A stretch of DNA of 63,242 bases, counting the filler, from Rhabdomonas costata (taxonomy: Eukaryota): the NCBI GenBank assembly GCA_019059605.1. It is 57 parts of 57 records of this genome, joined end to end, with 100 filler letters (N's around TTAATTAATTAA, not from the genome) between each part and the next. Parts side by side here need not be neighbours in the genome. Positions count along the whole stretch, not along the records: positions 1 to 1,012 come from JAHMHO010033658.1; positions 1,113 to 2,124 come from JAHMHO010033659.1; positions 2,225 to 3,236 come from JAHMHO010033660.1; positions 3,337 to 4,348 come from JAHMHO010033661.1; positions 4,449 to 5,460 come from JAHMHO010033662.1; positions 5,561 to 6,572 come from JAHMHO010033663.1; positions 6,673 to 7,684 come from JAHMHO010033664.1; positions 7,785 to 8,796 come from JAHMHO010033665.1; 49 more parts are not named here. The stretch is one strand, 5' to 3'. The translations under genes and the position numbers were made by a program. Of the stretch, positions 1 through 11,516 are shown in pieces. Below the pieces are notes generated by a model. The model searched no databases. It was not told the DNA's origin and saw only the letters and a list, made by a program, of their open reading frames with translations. Every line of letters starts with the position of its first letter. Position 1 is the first letter of the stretch.

Positions 1-100
1 TTCCACTTAGCAATACCAGGTCTGGGAGCAGAGAACTTCTGGCATAGTCAAAACAAAGCGTCTGTGAAGACCACGTATGTGTATGAGTGTGGGGTCGTAC

Positions 101-283
101 TTCTGAAGAGCGTCACTGCACAGCGTGGCGCCGGCTTTGCCCTCAACAGGGTGGCCGAAGCGGGTGCGACTGATGCTGCTGTTCATGCTGATGCTGTTGG
201 CAGGGACAGGTTGCAGCCGCCGGAAGGTGCCCAGAAGGAGCGGCTCCGTGTCCACCAGACCGCCACCGCTGCTGACTGAGCCA
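101..283 (-). CDS. Internal exon, unknown protein (GSVSSGGGLVDTEPLLLG...CSDALQK)
   Basis: CAG acceptor, GTACG donor, GC3-rich open frame; no recognisable domain. Confidence 0.4.
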
Positions 284-1012
284 CTGAGGACGGGCTGTGA
301 GGGATATGGGGGAAGGATGCCAACGGGCAGTCTCAAGAAGGGCTTTGGCTGCATTTCAATGATATCAGAGGACTGCAGGATGCAGGATGCAAGGGCAATG
401 GCTCTTCGTAAGTTAACCAAGGTGCATAAACTAATGCATCCTCGTCTATTTTGTGCAACTGTGATAGAGCCGTTGGGAATGGGGAGCTTTTCGCGCATAC
501 CATTCACGCATCCACTCTGAGCGATTCGTGAGTTGTGTTTGAATAAAAAATCAAAGCAAGATAAGGTCCGCGAGAGTCAGGGTATCCAAAGAGGTGAATT
601 GAAGGGGAAGCACGCGCCTTTGGCTCTGCGCACTCGAAAATCTGATCGCAGGCGACAGCATGGGTCACAGTCAGGGCCTCGCCAACCACAAGCCCTTCTC
701 AGTCGCACACCAGGCAACCCACGTGGGTCAGAAACTGCGTCGCCTGTGTCCGATCCCAAACACGCCCCCTCTGCCGTTTCTCACAAGGAGATACACATGC
801 ACAAGAAAAAAATGGCAGAGCTAATCCGGTTTCCCTGAATCTTCCTTCCCAGCTGACCTTGAATCTGCGTTTTGATGGGATGGGTTGTTTTGAATCGGGG
901 TGAAACCGAAAAGTGTCCACAGAATCATGTTCGGAGGCAGAGTTCCTGATAGGCTAACAGGCCACAGTCCGGCTTTTCGGTTTCAGCCCGATTCAAAACA
1001 ACCCAACCCACA

Positions 1013-1112
1013 NNNNNNNNNNNNNNNNNNNNNNNNNNNNNNNNNNNNNNNNNNNNTTAATTAATTAANNNNNNNNNNNNNNNNNNNNNNNNNNNNNNNN
1101 NNNNNNNNNNNN
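1013..1112. other. Artificial contig spacer (44 N + TTAATTAATTAA + 44 N); recurs 56 times, last at 62132-62231
   Basis: Identical 100-bp block about every 1,111 bp; the 12-mer puts stops in all six frames; flanking segments are all 1010-1012 bp. Confidence 0.99.
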
Positions 1113-2861
1113 GTTTTGTGGGATATGGGTGTGTGCGAAATGGTTCCTTTCATTTGGGCTCGCCTGAGCTGCGGGTCGTCCACGCCTTCCATCCTCAACT
1201 CCTTTGGACTGGTGCATGGTGCGCCCTCGTGACGATTTTTAGCACGTCTGGACTCAATTTTGGTGGGTTTGTGTTGTGACCCGGGGTTTAGTGCGCAGGG
1301 TGGTTAGGGGTCGTTAGGAGATTGTGGTAGTGTCTCAAAGGGTCAGAAAGCCCTGATCGGGTGTGACCCCCGGAATTCTGATGGTGCGGTTGCCGCCACT
1401 TCTTTTTTCTCTTTTTCTCTCTTTCTCCGTCGTATCATCGCTATTGTTCCGTTTTTCAATTATCCTTCGCCCCAACTCCCAAATAGAGCGCATGATCCGC
1501 CTAAAAGCCTGGCGCATTCAGTGGGCTTTATTGGCCCTTTTTGAAATCGGGGGACGCTGTTCTCAGTTATTGGAATCAGTGGTATGTTTGTGCATGTCTG
1601 TTTTCAGCTTCCTTTGATTTCTCCCGGAATCGCTGCATAGATGTGGTCTCTTTATTGTTTTGTCGCGATGCAATCCAGGATCTAGGGAATACCAGCTCAG
1701 GCTCGGCACACCAGAGCTGAATTAATTGTGAAACATCGGTAACACGGAGAATGGTTGTCCCGCCGTTTCTTTTTTCCCTTTTGGGTTTTCGCTTTCCATT
1801 TTCCCGCGTTTGACATTGATTTTCTTGGCGCATCATATGTTTATTATCAATAATACTCTCTCTTTGTTTCTCACAACCGAACTGTCATCATTTGTTGAAG
1901 AGGTAACTTATCTGGCGAGGCGCTATTTGAAACCATTAAGGCGACGTTGTGTTACAGACTGTAGTTCTGACCTCCCCCTCCCCCCTTTCCGCTCGTTTCT
2001 TTGCACTGCGATAGCTGCATCACATATTATGGCTATCTTCGTTTTTACTCTTCTTTGGGTAACCCAGTGATGGCTTCTTCGAATGTATGTTCACACCCAC
2101 AACTCGAGTTCATTTCTGGGTTACNNNNNNNNNNNNNNNNNNNNNNNNNNNNNNNNNNNNNNNNNNNNTTAATTAATTAANNNNNNNNNNNNNNNNNNNN
2201 NNNNNNNNNNNNNNNNNNNNNNNNGAAAAAGAACAGGAAGGAACGGCTGCAGGGCGAATACCGAAAAAATTACACTCAGATGACATTCAGTGGTTAGATT
2301 GAGGAAGCAACAAAAAGAATTGTGTGGGTGAGTGAGTGTGTGTGCGTTGAGCATAGCACGTAGGCTGCCGCAGCCGCACGCTCCTTTCTCCACCACAACC
2401 GGCATCTGCACAAACTCATTCACAAAAAGAGAAGTTCTGGCTCCACCCGCACACGCGCAAAAAGAAAGCTTAACCGATACAAACGAAAGCCGGTGAAGGG
2501 AGAGAAGGCAGGGCATGTGAGGAAAAAACGGAAATCTAGGAGGAAACGTCCCCCCCCCCCTGCTCCCATATTCACGACGGTAAGCGCAAAACTAGTATGA
2601 TAAAAAGAACCAGACGAAAGGATGTGACCCACCTCGGAGGCTGCAAAACAGAAAATGCATCAACACAGAAATCCAACCAGCTTTTTTCATTATGGATTTC
2701 CCTATTTGAGAAAAGCGCAACCATTCTTTCAAAGGAATCAAACCCGGACAAGACATCCGAGTGAGAGTGAAAAGTCAAAAGTTGTCTGGGTGCATTCCAA
2801 GAAAACATTGAGAACTCGAATCAGAAGCGCCCGCCGGAGGGCGAAAGTGGAAGACAACTAC

Positions 2862-3045
2862 CCGTCTTTTTCGGCGCGGGTCTGGGGGGTCAATGATGGG
2901 ACCCTCCGGGGAGGTCAGGTTGTTTCTCAGCTCCAGACCCTTGACCTCAGGGAAGTGCGTGGTGAGGTCCTTGAAGGTCCAATACCCCTTCACCAGACCC
3001 ATGTCTTCGCTCCGCGAGAACGAGAACGGGGTGTTGGTGTGCCGG
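2862..3045 (-). CDS. Internal exon, unknown protein (RHTNTPFSFSRSEDMGLVKGYWTFKD...)
   Basis: TGCAG acceptor, GTAGT donor, strong GC3 bias. Confidence 0.5.
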
Positions 3046-3369
3046 CTGCACATACACACGTACACACAGATGCCGATACAGTCGATGCCAAAATCCATTG
3101 CACCTCTTCCCCATAAAAGTGAATTGTTTGATGAGAGGTTGCTTCCCCATTGGTTCATTGATGGCATTGTTCACGATTTTAATAAACTGTCCCAGTCACC
3201 CAAACTAAAAGATGCACCCCTCCTGTGACCTTGTTTNNNNNNNNNNNNNNNNNNNNNNNNNNNNNNNNNNNNNNNNNNNNTTAATTAATTAANNNNNNNN
3301 NNNNNNNNNNNNNNNNNNNNNNNNNNNNNNNNNNNNGTGGTGGGTGTGTTTGGTTTGTGGTTTGTTAAG

Positions 3370-4023
3370 GCGCTCTCCCAGTACTTCACCACCTTGGAGG
3401 TGACCTGCCGTAAGCGCCTTGAGGAATCGCAGCTCGAGGATTTGGTGAAGTTGATCGAGGTCAGCGGCTATAGTGTGCGAAGAAGAGAGCCTGTTGCAAA
3501 AGGGGGGCTTTCCAAAAAAATACCCAGTCTGTGTGCTGCTTTCGAGAAACGCAGGAAACGTTGAAGTTACGTCAACCCAACAACATGGATGAATGTACCG
3601 GCGTCGCAGCGCATCCACACAAGCTTCAGATTTTCCTCAGCCTGGTACCCTAGCAAAACTGCAATTCGGCAACAAGGGTGGTTAACACAGCCGCGGGAGC
3701 ATTAGCAAACCCTCTGAGTGAACAGAAAACTTGAGGTTTTATTGAATACCCCTGGTGCAGATTTTGGGAATGGGGTCGTCACAGATCGTGAGGGTGCGGG
3801 AAGATCGGCTCCGGTTGGGGGTGGAGCTGGCGAAGGCCAAGCCAGCCAAGGCGGTGATATCGAACACGGAGAAGTTTGGCGCCGGGCTGAATGAGAAGCA
3901 GAAAAAGGCCCCGCTTGAGGACGCGGACACCCCTGAGCAGACCATGGAGGAGGTGCTTACCGAGCTGGTGCTTACGGACACCTCGGAGCACTACCACTGC
4001 CCCTTCTGTGACCGAATCACCAA
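3370..4023 (+). CDS. Two exons (3370-3459, 3761-4023) of an unknown protein ending in a CxxC motif (YHCPFCD)
   Basis: GT-AG intron 3460-3760 joins in phase 0 (LVKLIE|ILGMG); GC3-rich codons. Confidence 0.6.
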
Positions 4024-5002
4024 GTGCATGCTCTTGCCCTCACCCCCCTCACCCCTTCTCGGGTTTACGTGCCTTGCGTTTGCTTTAAATGACACTGTCG
4101 GCTTTTTCGGACTAAAAGCAGGAATCGGATCATTTTGCTTCTTGTCTCCGACCTTTGCGATTTTTGGGTACGTGCAAATTGGGAAGAATGGATGGCCACG
4201 CCAGCCGAAATAAGCAAAAAAAAAGATATCCCAAACCAAGCATTAAAATATCCGCCCAGCGGTTTGCATTCGCGGGCAGAGCGCATGGTAGACCACCACT
4301 AAAGCACACAACGCAACTTCCGCACAGCGTACAGCACACAACCCACACNNNNNNNNNNNNNNNNNNNNNNNNNNNNNNNNNNNNNNNNNNNNTTAATTAA
4401 TTAANNNNNNNNNNNNNNNNNNNNNNNNNNNNNNNNNNNNNNNNNNNNTGTGTGGGGGCAGGTGGTGGGCGCCTTGCGGTGGCCTGCGGCTGCTCTGGCG
4501 GGTCGTGCGGGCCTGTTGTTGTTTTATTGGTATGGGTGTGTCCAACTCCACTGCAACGGGCAAATACAAACCGCGGTGGGCCTTTCCTCTATTATTTCGA
4601 GTTTCGCTCGTAGCACGTCTCACTTTTAGTCTCACTCTCAGGTCCTCTTCTGCCAGGGACTCTCGGACAATCTCCCCTCTCTTCATTGTGGCAACTTGGA
4701 ACTTGGCAAGGAAGAGTCTTTCCAGGAAGAACTTGGAGTTCCCTTCGCCCCCTGGGATCCCACCCCTCGATAGAGTGTAGGCCTATCGGGCCCCACCACC
4801 TTTAACCGACTCCGCGCCTGGCCGTACCTTGACACTTTGTCTTTGTTACGCAGGTTGGCACGATCCATGGGGCCCTGGGAACCACGACTGGCGCGTTTGA
4901 AGATCTCTTGATGGGTCAGCGCTCGTAAACTACCCCGTAGGCCACACTGCCCTTGGGGTGTGGCAAACAAGCCACAAGAAGCGAGCTTGCATTTGCAGTA
5001 TG

Positions 5003-5285
5003 GTTGAATCCATGCGCGTCAACATACAACCACACACACACACACTGAGCTGGGTGTAAATGGTAAATACTGGTGCGGATACTGTCAGGCATTGAAATCG
5101 GCTCGAATCCATCGTCCCGGTCTACCACGCTGGTCTCGTTGAGGCGTAAGGAGGCAACATTGGCCCCCTTACCCAAACAGGTCTTCCTTTGTGGGAACTA
5201 GCAGGTGCCTGAGATTGGGGGTTGTTTGAAGACAGCGAGCCTCGAGCAGTCGCGAAACTTGAGAAGACGGTTGAGAAATGTTGCA
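5003..5285 (+). mobile_element. Repeat family A copy 1, putative tRNA-derived SINE
   Basis: Aligns by eye with 41831-42110 and 43063-43243; shared GGATA(C/A)TGTCA, B-box-like CGGCTCGAA(T/C)C and CGGTCTA; tRNA-like stems. Confidence 0.65.
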
Positions 5286-5581
5286 CGAACGCACACTGTG
5301 ATGGACATGTCTTCGCGAAGTTGACCCAGGGGGACGAATTTATCCGATGGTCCAGCCTGTTCTGAGGCCTCGCAGCTGGCGGTGTGCGTGGCCCCGCCGG
5401 ATTTCACGCCGTGGACAGGGCGCGACACGCATGCACGCAAGCACCCACCCACCACCCACANNNNNNNNNNNNNNNNNNNNNNNNNNNNNNNNNNNNNNNN
5501 NNNNTTAATTAATTAANNNNNNNNNNNNNNNNNNNNNNNNNNNNNNNNNNNNNNNNNNNNGTTTTGTTTGATTTTTAACAG

Positions 5582-6572
5582 ATGGTCAGGTTCTCCGAAG
5601 GCAGCTCGCAGGGAGTGCCTCTCTGCTTGGATCTCTTGTGGAGAGATACGCAGACCTCAGATCCGGAGGTATGCCGCTGTCCTGTTCTCACGTCATGTCT
5701 TCTCATTCCGCATTATTTTGATGGTCAGAATCGACTGCTTGAGAATTGTTACCGTTGGTTTGCTTTTTGAAGTTGCTGTATAGGCAAATTAAGGGCTGCG
5801 GAGTCCCCAAAAGACCATATTCACGGGAGGAAAGGTGCACATTAACTAATTGCACACCTTACCTGCTCGTAATTACAAGAATAAAAACGTGTGGGAATAG
5901 GTACAGAGGGAAGTGGGCGATAGGAGGGTGCAGCAAGGTTTTCACATGCTTTCTTCTGCATTTTCTGCGGCAGACTTCCAATGCAAATCCTGTTGAGGGA
6001 CATTTATTTAATATCGAACCTCCCCCTGAATTAGCTTTGCTCTCCCCGCAGGTGATGGGTTCAAGGAAACTGGTGCTCGACTCCTCTTTCCTTTCCGATC
6101 TATGCGAGCCTAACTCTCCTGCCGTTGCAGTCATCTCAGTGCCTTTGCAGCCTCCCGAGGCTGGACCTGACTTTGCATGGGTCCTGGTCCACATCGCTGG
6201 CCACCCGGGCCCGCATCGGCTAGCGCTCTATAGCCCCTCCCATGACAGCCCGGCGCCAGCCGATCACCTCCACATGTCCAATGATGCAGAGACAGGAAGC
6301 GATGAAGAAGCCGACGACCGACCTATGGATGCTTCTAGACCCCCACCCTTGACTCCTCTGGAGAAGGCTTTCCATGACTCGGCCTCATCATCTTTCTCGC
6401 CTGCTTTCGGGCCGAAGTGTGTCTCCCCGTCCTCCTCGTTTGTCTCGCCTTGCTCTGCCAGCTTGAGCGAAGCGAATTCAGGTCTCCGGCCCCCCTCGCG
6501 CCCCAAGGCCTGGGTGGTATCTCCTCATCGAGGGCGAGACCGCTGCTTCAGCCTTCCAAACGGCTTGATTCC
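5582..6572 (+). CDS. Two exons (5582-5668, 6052-contig end) of an unknown Ser/Pro-rich protein
   Basis: GTATG...CCGCAG intron joins in phase 0; long open frame to contig end. Confidence 0.55.
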
Positions 6573-7159
6573 NNNNNNNNNNNNNNNNNNNNNNNNNNNN
6601 NNNNNNNNNNNNNNNNTTAATTAATTAANNNNNNNNNNNNNNNNNNNNNNNNNNNNNNNNNNNNNNNNNNNNTTTTGGGTGCACTTTTGGCGGATGTGCA
6701 CGTGCGGGTTACAGCGGGTTGGGAGAGGGGGGCACAAATGCACTTAATTGGGGAGAGAGGGGAAGCAACCATGCTCCGTATGCAAGCGCTCTGGTTGACA
6801 AGACATTCTCCATACCAATGCCCGCCCGTGGCTTGCTCCTTTTACTAGGTCGATTATAAGAGCTTGCGCTTTTTAGGGTCAATATTGGCCCTAACCCGAA
6901 CCCCCCCCCCCTCTTCACCCATTGCGAAACAAAGTCGGCGGGATGAGGAAAGGGGTGACGAGTATGCTTTGCAGAGTGCCCAAAGCGTTTTCCTGCTACA
7001 AGGCCAAATTTAGGGGTAAAGGGGTTTGCCAATTGCATGTCCGGATGAGTGGGATGGAAACGGCATTAAAAAATTGCCTCTCGTCTTGCGGACGGTAAGA
7101 GGAGTTCCGGCGACGGAGAAGTTTAAAAGGCATAGCTTTACTACTGTACTCCCCCTAAG

Positions 7160-7409
7160 TGGGAACACGAGCAAGGCTTCCTAACCCCCTGCATGCTGTT
7201 TATTGGAAATCCTGAAACATGCGAAGTGTCCTAACCCCCTTTTCTGAATAAAGGGAATGAAAAACGAGGCACAATCACTGAAAATAGCAGTCCCGAATGT
7301 GCTCGCACAGTTTCAAAAGGGCAAAATCTTCTTCTGGAATCCCACGGAACACGTGCATCGCCCTCTAACCCCCTGCAAAAGCTCTTATTGGGATCCCAGG
7401 GAACACGAG
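7160..7409 (+). repeat. Repeat family C, ~54-bp unit (TGGAATCCCAGGGAACACGTGCATCGCCCTCTAACCCCCTGCAAAA...), several degenerate tandem units
   Basis: Same unit at 9320-9470, 50718-50743 (-), 55363-55460 and 60331-60466 (-). Confidence 0.8.
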
Positions 7410-7415
7410 TAATAG

Positions 7416-7577
7416 CTATACTGGGGTATTATAGCCATAGCCTGCCGCAAACCGCATTCTCGCACCACATTTTGGGCATTCAGCTGCAGTAGGCACAACA
7501 ATCTTGTATTTGCTGAGCCATTGCCTCAGTTTTCGATCATCATTCACAATCTCTAAGACATCATGAAGCGTAAGCAT
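7416..7577 (-). pseudogene. Truncated Merlin/ISXO2-like transposase N-terminus (MLTLHDVLEIVNDDRKLRQWLSKYKIVVPTAAECPKCGARM)
   Basis: Helix-WL-x-CPKCG-x-M pattern typical of IS1595/Merlin N-terminal zinc ribbon; DDE domain absent. Confidence 0.5.
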
Positions 7578-8721
7578 CGGCAAAAAAAATCCTCTGCCAC
7601 ACAGGGGGAGTACACAGGTAAAGGAGTGCCAAATATTTTTAGTCAGCGCTATGTTACCAGTGGTAACCGTTACCATCTCCCCCANNNNNNNNNNNNNNNN
7701 NNNNNNNNNNNNNNNNNNNNNNNNNNNNTTAATTAATTAANNNNNNNNNNNNNNNNNNNNNNNNNNNNNNNNNNNNNNNNNNNNGTGTTTGAAGCTCTTG
7801 ACACCGGTGCGTTTATCTTCCGTGCATGGGCGGTGTTCCCTTTAGTTCTTTCTGTGGATGCGGACCTTCATGAAGCAGCAGCAGCGCGGAAAAACGGGTG
7901 CCGCCGCCGCGGCCGTGGCCGCCACTCAACGGTCCTATTGGCTTCTTCTGTCTCTTGAATCCGAGAGAATCGTCCTCCTGCCTTCTTGTTTGCCTTGCCT
8001 ATTTTGCATTCTTGAGCAGAAACCGCCGCGGCGATTCTTAACTGGCGTTCTCCTCATCTCTCTCTCTTATTGCATGTTCTCGCTATGGAATGTTTTCACA
8101 CAGGAGAACCGTTGCTCAGGACCATCAGCTTGAATGTCACACACACATGCTCTTTTCAGTATCCTTTCTTCCTACGGCTCTCTCTTTGGCTCTCTCTCTT
8201 CGGCTTTGCATTTGCGTTTCCATCACACCACGCCATACCACACCGCGTCGGATTTTGTCACATCACATCGCCAGATCGCACTTTTCCGGAACACGCCACA
8301 ACGCCCCTCCCATAACCCCCCTTCCCTCTTCTTCCCTTTGCCTCGCTGGGGGTGCACTTTTTCGCGCCTTCCTCACAGCCGGGGTGGCACTGGCGGACAG
8401 GCCACCGCTGCACCTCCGACCACTGCGCGGGGTGCGCGGAAGTCCTCCCTGGTGCCTCACCCCGAGGATGCCACCCCCAAGCTGGGCCCCAGGTTTGCTT
8501 GTCCGCGAAGCGATTACGGGCAGGGGGGGCATTTCCTTCCTTCCTTCATTTCTTTCGTTTTTTCTTTATGCTACCATAAATGTGCCATATATGTGTATGG
8601 TATGTGCCAGAAGTGCCTCCCGAAGTAAACCGTTTTGTGCACCCCTTCACCGGACTTGTTCACCCATTTTTGATTTAGTCGGTTGCCCCATCCCTCAAGA
8701 CTGTAATCTGAATGCTGTGAC

Positions 8722-8766
8722 TGTGTGTATGTGTATGTGTATGTGTTTGTGTATGTGTATGTGTAT
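8722..8766 (+). repeat. (TGTGTA)n microsatellite
   Basis: About 7 tandem hexamers seen directly. Confidence 0.9.
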
Positions 8767-9319
8767 GAAACATTGTAGCATCAAGAAACACACCCCNNNN
8801 NNNNNNNNNNNNNNNNNNNNNNNNNNNNNNNNNNNNNNNNTTAATTAATTAANNNNNNNNNNNNNNNNNNNNNNNNNNNNNNNNNNNNNNNNNNNNTTGT
8901 TTTGGTGGGGCTCTTCGGATGTTGAAAGAGACAGGCTTCAACATTGATTGAACCTCTGTAAGATCCGGTTATAGTGCGAGAAAGGACACCAAGGATGGAA
9001 GAGAGTTACTCGTCCGCCAATGCTCTCAATACGGGAAGCACAAAAACACAACACAATGACTAGCAGCCACTGCAAGGGGGTTTGGGAATTGGGGGGATGC
9101 CTCAGGTAAAAAAAATCGAATCGTCGAAAACAGTGGGGATGTATTTTCTTTCTGCTTTTTGTACCGTGTGACGAGCGTAATATTGCGATTCAAGCGACTT
9201 GTTGAAATTGACAAAGCTGTTCAGTCGGACCCCCACTCACCTGTTTAAGCGAACGGTAAGTATGGGGACATCCAGATTCGGAAAAAATCTTTTTGCACCC
9301 TACCCACCCAACCACCGGA

Positions 9320-9470
9320 ATGGGATACCAAGAAACCTTCCTGAGGGAACGCTTGCATCTCCCTCTAACCCCTGCCAACCTTAAATGGGATTCAGACAGG
9401 AAATGTGCCAAAGAAACAGTTCAGAGGGCTCAAAACAAACTTGAATCCCACCGGGACACTCTTGCACCCC
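9320..9470 (+). repeat. Repeat family C, degenerate units
   Basis: GGGAACGCTTGCATCTCCCTCTAACCCCTGCCAACC and GAATCCCACCGGGACAC match the unit. Confidence 0.7.
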
Positions 9471-10008
9471 AAATTCCAACATGACGATGCTCATGGGAAG
9501 CTGACGAAAGCATCATCGAGGGTGGATCACGGAGACACCCCGCTTGGCCAAACTGACTCAAACTGACAAACCGGCCCCGACGCTTCCGATCGAAGAAACC
9601 CAAGCTCTTAAGTTTGGACTGACCAACTGCAGCCGAACCAACCTAGTTGAACTTCTCATTCTGTTTCTGTACTGCCAGCTGCAAGGCAATCGCGCGACAA
9701 AAGGAGGTAGGAAGCCACCGCACGGACACCAAGCTCAGCGTGGCACGGGTGCACATGCATACAAAGCACAGGGAAAGGGCGCGTCGGGCAAACACTGTGC
9801 TCCACAGTGGGTTGCCCGCGGAATCACTAACACACACACACACACACGTACACGCACAAGTAAAGGCACAAAGGGAAAACACGGGGAGGAAGACCATGGA
9901 CCACACACNNNNNNNNNNNNNNNNNNNNNNNNNNNNNNNNNNNNNNNNNNNNTTAATTAATTAANNNNNNNNNNNNNNNNNNNNNNNNNNNNNNNNNNNN
10001 NNNNNNNN

Positions 10009-10638
10009 CACCACCTGCACCCCGTCATGGCCGAGCAGCCCCTGGGCTATCCTGCGCCCCTCGCAGACAAAGTCCCCCACGCAGTGCTCCGCCAGGCACG
10101 GCATGCCTTGCAGCCATTCCGCCTCAGCCAACCTAAAATCCCCCACCACAACTCCACTCTGCTCAATGCTCAAAAGGAAGATAACAGCTGGTTGGGGCTC
10201 GAACTCCCCAAGAACGACTGGTTGCAATATAAAATACATTTGTCCCCATGTCTCACGTGTCAGGGAAACACCTGGCTCTTCGCGCCCCCAGCCCTCAACA
10301 AGCTTCCATTCCTGACTGACTAGGGAAGCCATGGTGATGCAGATGCAGAGGCCAACACAAGGAGCAGGGAATACAGTTCGCAGTGGTACAGCGAAATAGA
10401 CCAAGCCCCCTCCCTCCCCTCCTTGCGTATGGGAATGGGGGGGGCGGGGCAGAGACCCTATGAATCCGATCCGAATGCCCTGCCACACCGCGATGTGGGC
10501 CGCCTGGGTGCCCCGCAAGGGCTGCTTTGTGTCCCTGTGGTGTACGTTAGAGAGCACCCAGGGGAACCGGCTTGCTCCCACCACCTCCGCCAAGGCGTCC
10601 ACGCCAAAGTCAAAGTCGTGCGGGCCCGGGGTGGCGAC
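10009..10638 (-). CDS. 5'-nucleotidase/apyrase-family metallophosphoesterase, two exons (10638-10457, 10132-10009)
   Basis: GPHDFDFG...FPWVLSNV...IGFIG|LAEAEWL matches the GNH(D/E)FDFG/FPWLxSN/IGxxGLxExEW pattern; GT-AG intron in phase 2. Confidence 0.8.
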
Positions 10639-11401
10639 CTTGCGTGTTTTTGTGGTGTGCCCCACCCACCGCACCAATCCTCTCCCCATACGGGGACAAA
10701 TGGGGAACGCACTTATGACCTTAAATCTGCGAAGAAGTAGAATAAGTGCTGCACGAAAGGGTGGTGGCGGTGAAGGGTGCGTCCATTGAGCATCACCATC
10801 ATCGCCAGGCACGGAATAAGGAAGAACTACAACGAACAGACAAAAGAAGCTTTGGGGGCTGTGCGGCCCTTGCTGAGCGCCTTGGCGGGGAACTATGGTG
10901 GGTAGTCCCCATTGTTGGAATTGGGACGCACTACTCCCCATCAAAACGTGTTGACTGGTAAAATCTGCTTTGGCGCACGGCAAAAAAGAAAGCCAGTTCA
11001 AAAACCGCGAAAACCCACANNNNNNNNNNNNNNNNNNNNNNNNNNNNNNNNNNNNNNNNNNNNTTAATTAATTAANNNNNNNNNNNNNNNNNNNNNNNNN
11101 NNNNNNNNNNNNNNNNNNNTTTTGGGCAGTCATGTCGACTTGAACTCGGCAAGCGCACTACGCCCCCGTTTTCAGATGGTACGCAGCCCGGATTTCTCCG
11201 CGCTCTCAACATTTAGCCAGCATGAGTGATGAGTGATCACATTGAATCCATCTTCTGTAGCCTGCGGTTGCGCTCTCGATAGGCGTCCACTACTGTACGA
11301 CTGCTGTGTTGTCCATTGCATCTGGCTGAAACCTCGGATTCGTTTCAGACGCTTTGTTTTCTTTACTGGCGATTTATTGGATTGAGTCTTCTCTTGGTCA
11401 G

Positions 11402-11516
11402 CCTTGAACTTGGATCCCGCGGAGAGAGTGCTGGTGGTGTACAACGAGCTCGGGAACCAAACCTATGACGGGCCCTGGGAGGACGCCGCGGTTTTGGCAT
11501 GGATCGAAAAGAACCA
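11402..11516 (+). CDS. Exon of thioredoxin-fold (PDI b-domain-like) protein
   Basis: VLVVYNE...TYDGPWEDAAVLAWIEKN resembles the PDI b-domain end (YxG...lxxWIxxN); AG/GT borders. Confidence 0.5.

Larger units (their letters stand above)
7094..7658 (-). mobile_element. Internally deleted Merlin/IS1595-like DNA transposon remnant
   Basis: Ends read GGTAA inward from both sides; subterminal inverted repeat 7136-7161 / 7600-7623; truncated ORF with transposase-like Zn-ribbon; no TSD found. Confidence 0.5.

Noticed and set aside
877-1009. ~37-bp inverted repeat around a ~60-nt loop; a similar short hairpin at 20021-20060
   Set aside because: Both sit at contig ends like the other foldbacks; single internal mismatches leave a real hairpin possible but unsupported.
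1057-1068. Regularly spaced TTAATTAATTAA repeats with ~1-kb spacers (array-like or nanochromosome-like)
   Set aside because: Always embedded in exactly 44+44 N; an artificial six-frame-stop linker. ORFs ending in X...LIN are artefacts.
1113-2124. Two weakly similar segments (~1375-1430, ~1745-1805) and short minus-strand ORFs
   Set aside because: Similarity is mostly pyrimidine-rich low complexity; no recognisable protein or LTR features.
5047-5122. Functional tRNA-Asp gene
   Set aside because: Acceptor/D-arm spacing and 12-nt anticodon loop are non-canonical, T-loop starts with C, and copies share a long non-tRNA body; treated as a SINE-like head.
7160-7409. CRISPR-like or telomeric array
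   Set aside because: Units are contiguous and degenerate with no unique spacers, no cas genes, and no true (TTAGGG)n run.
9501-9545. CTGACGA (and CTGATGA at ~40314) as hammerhead ribozyme cores
   Set aside because: No properly closed stem II followed by GAAA and stem III.
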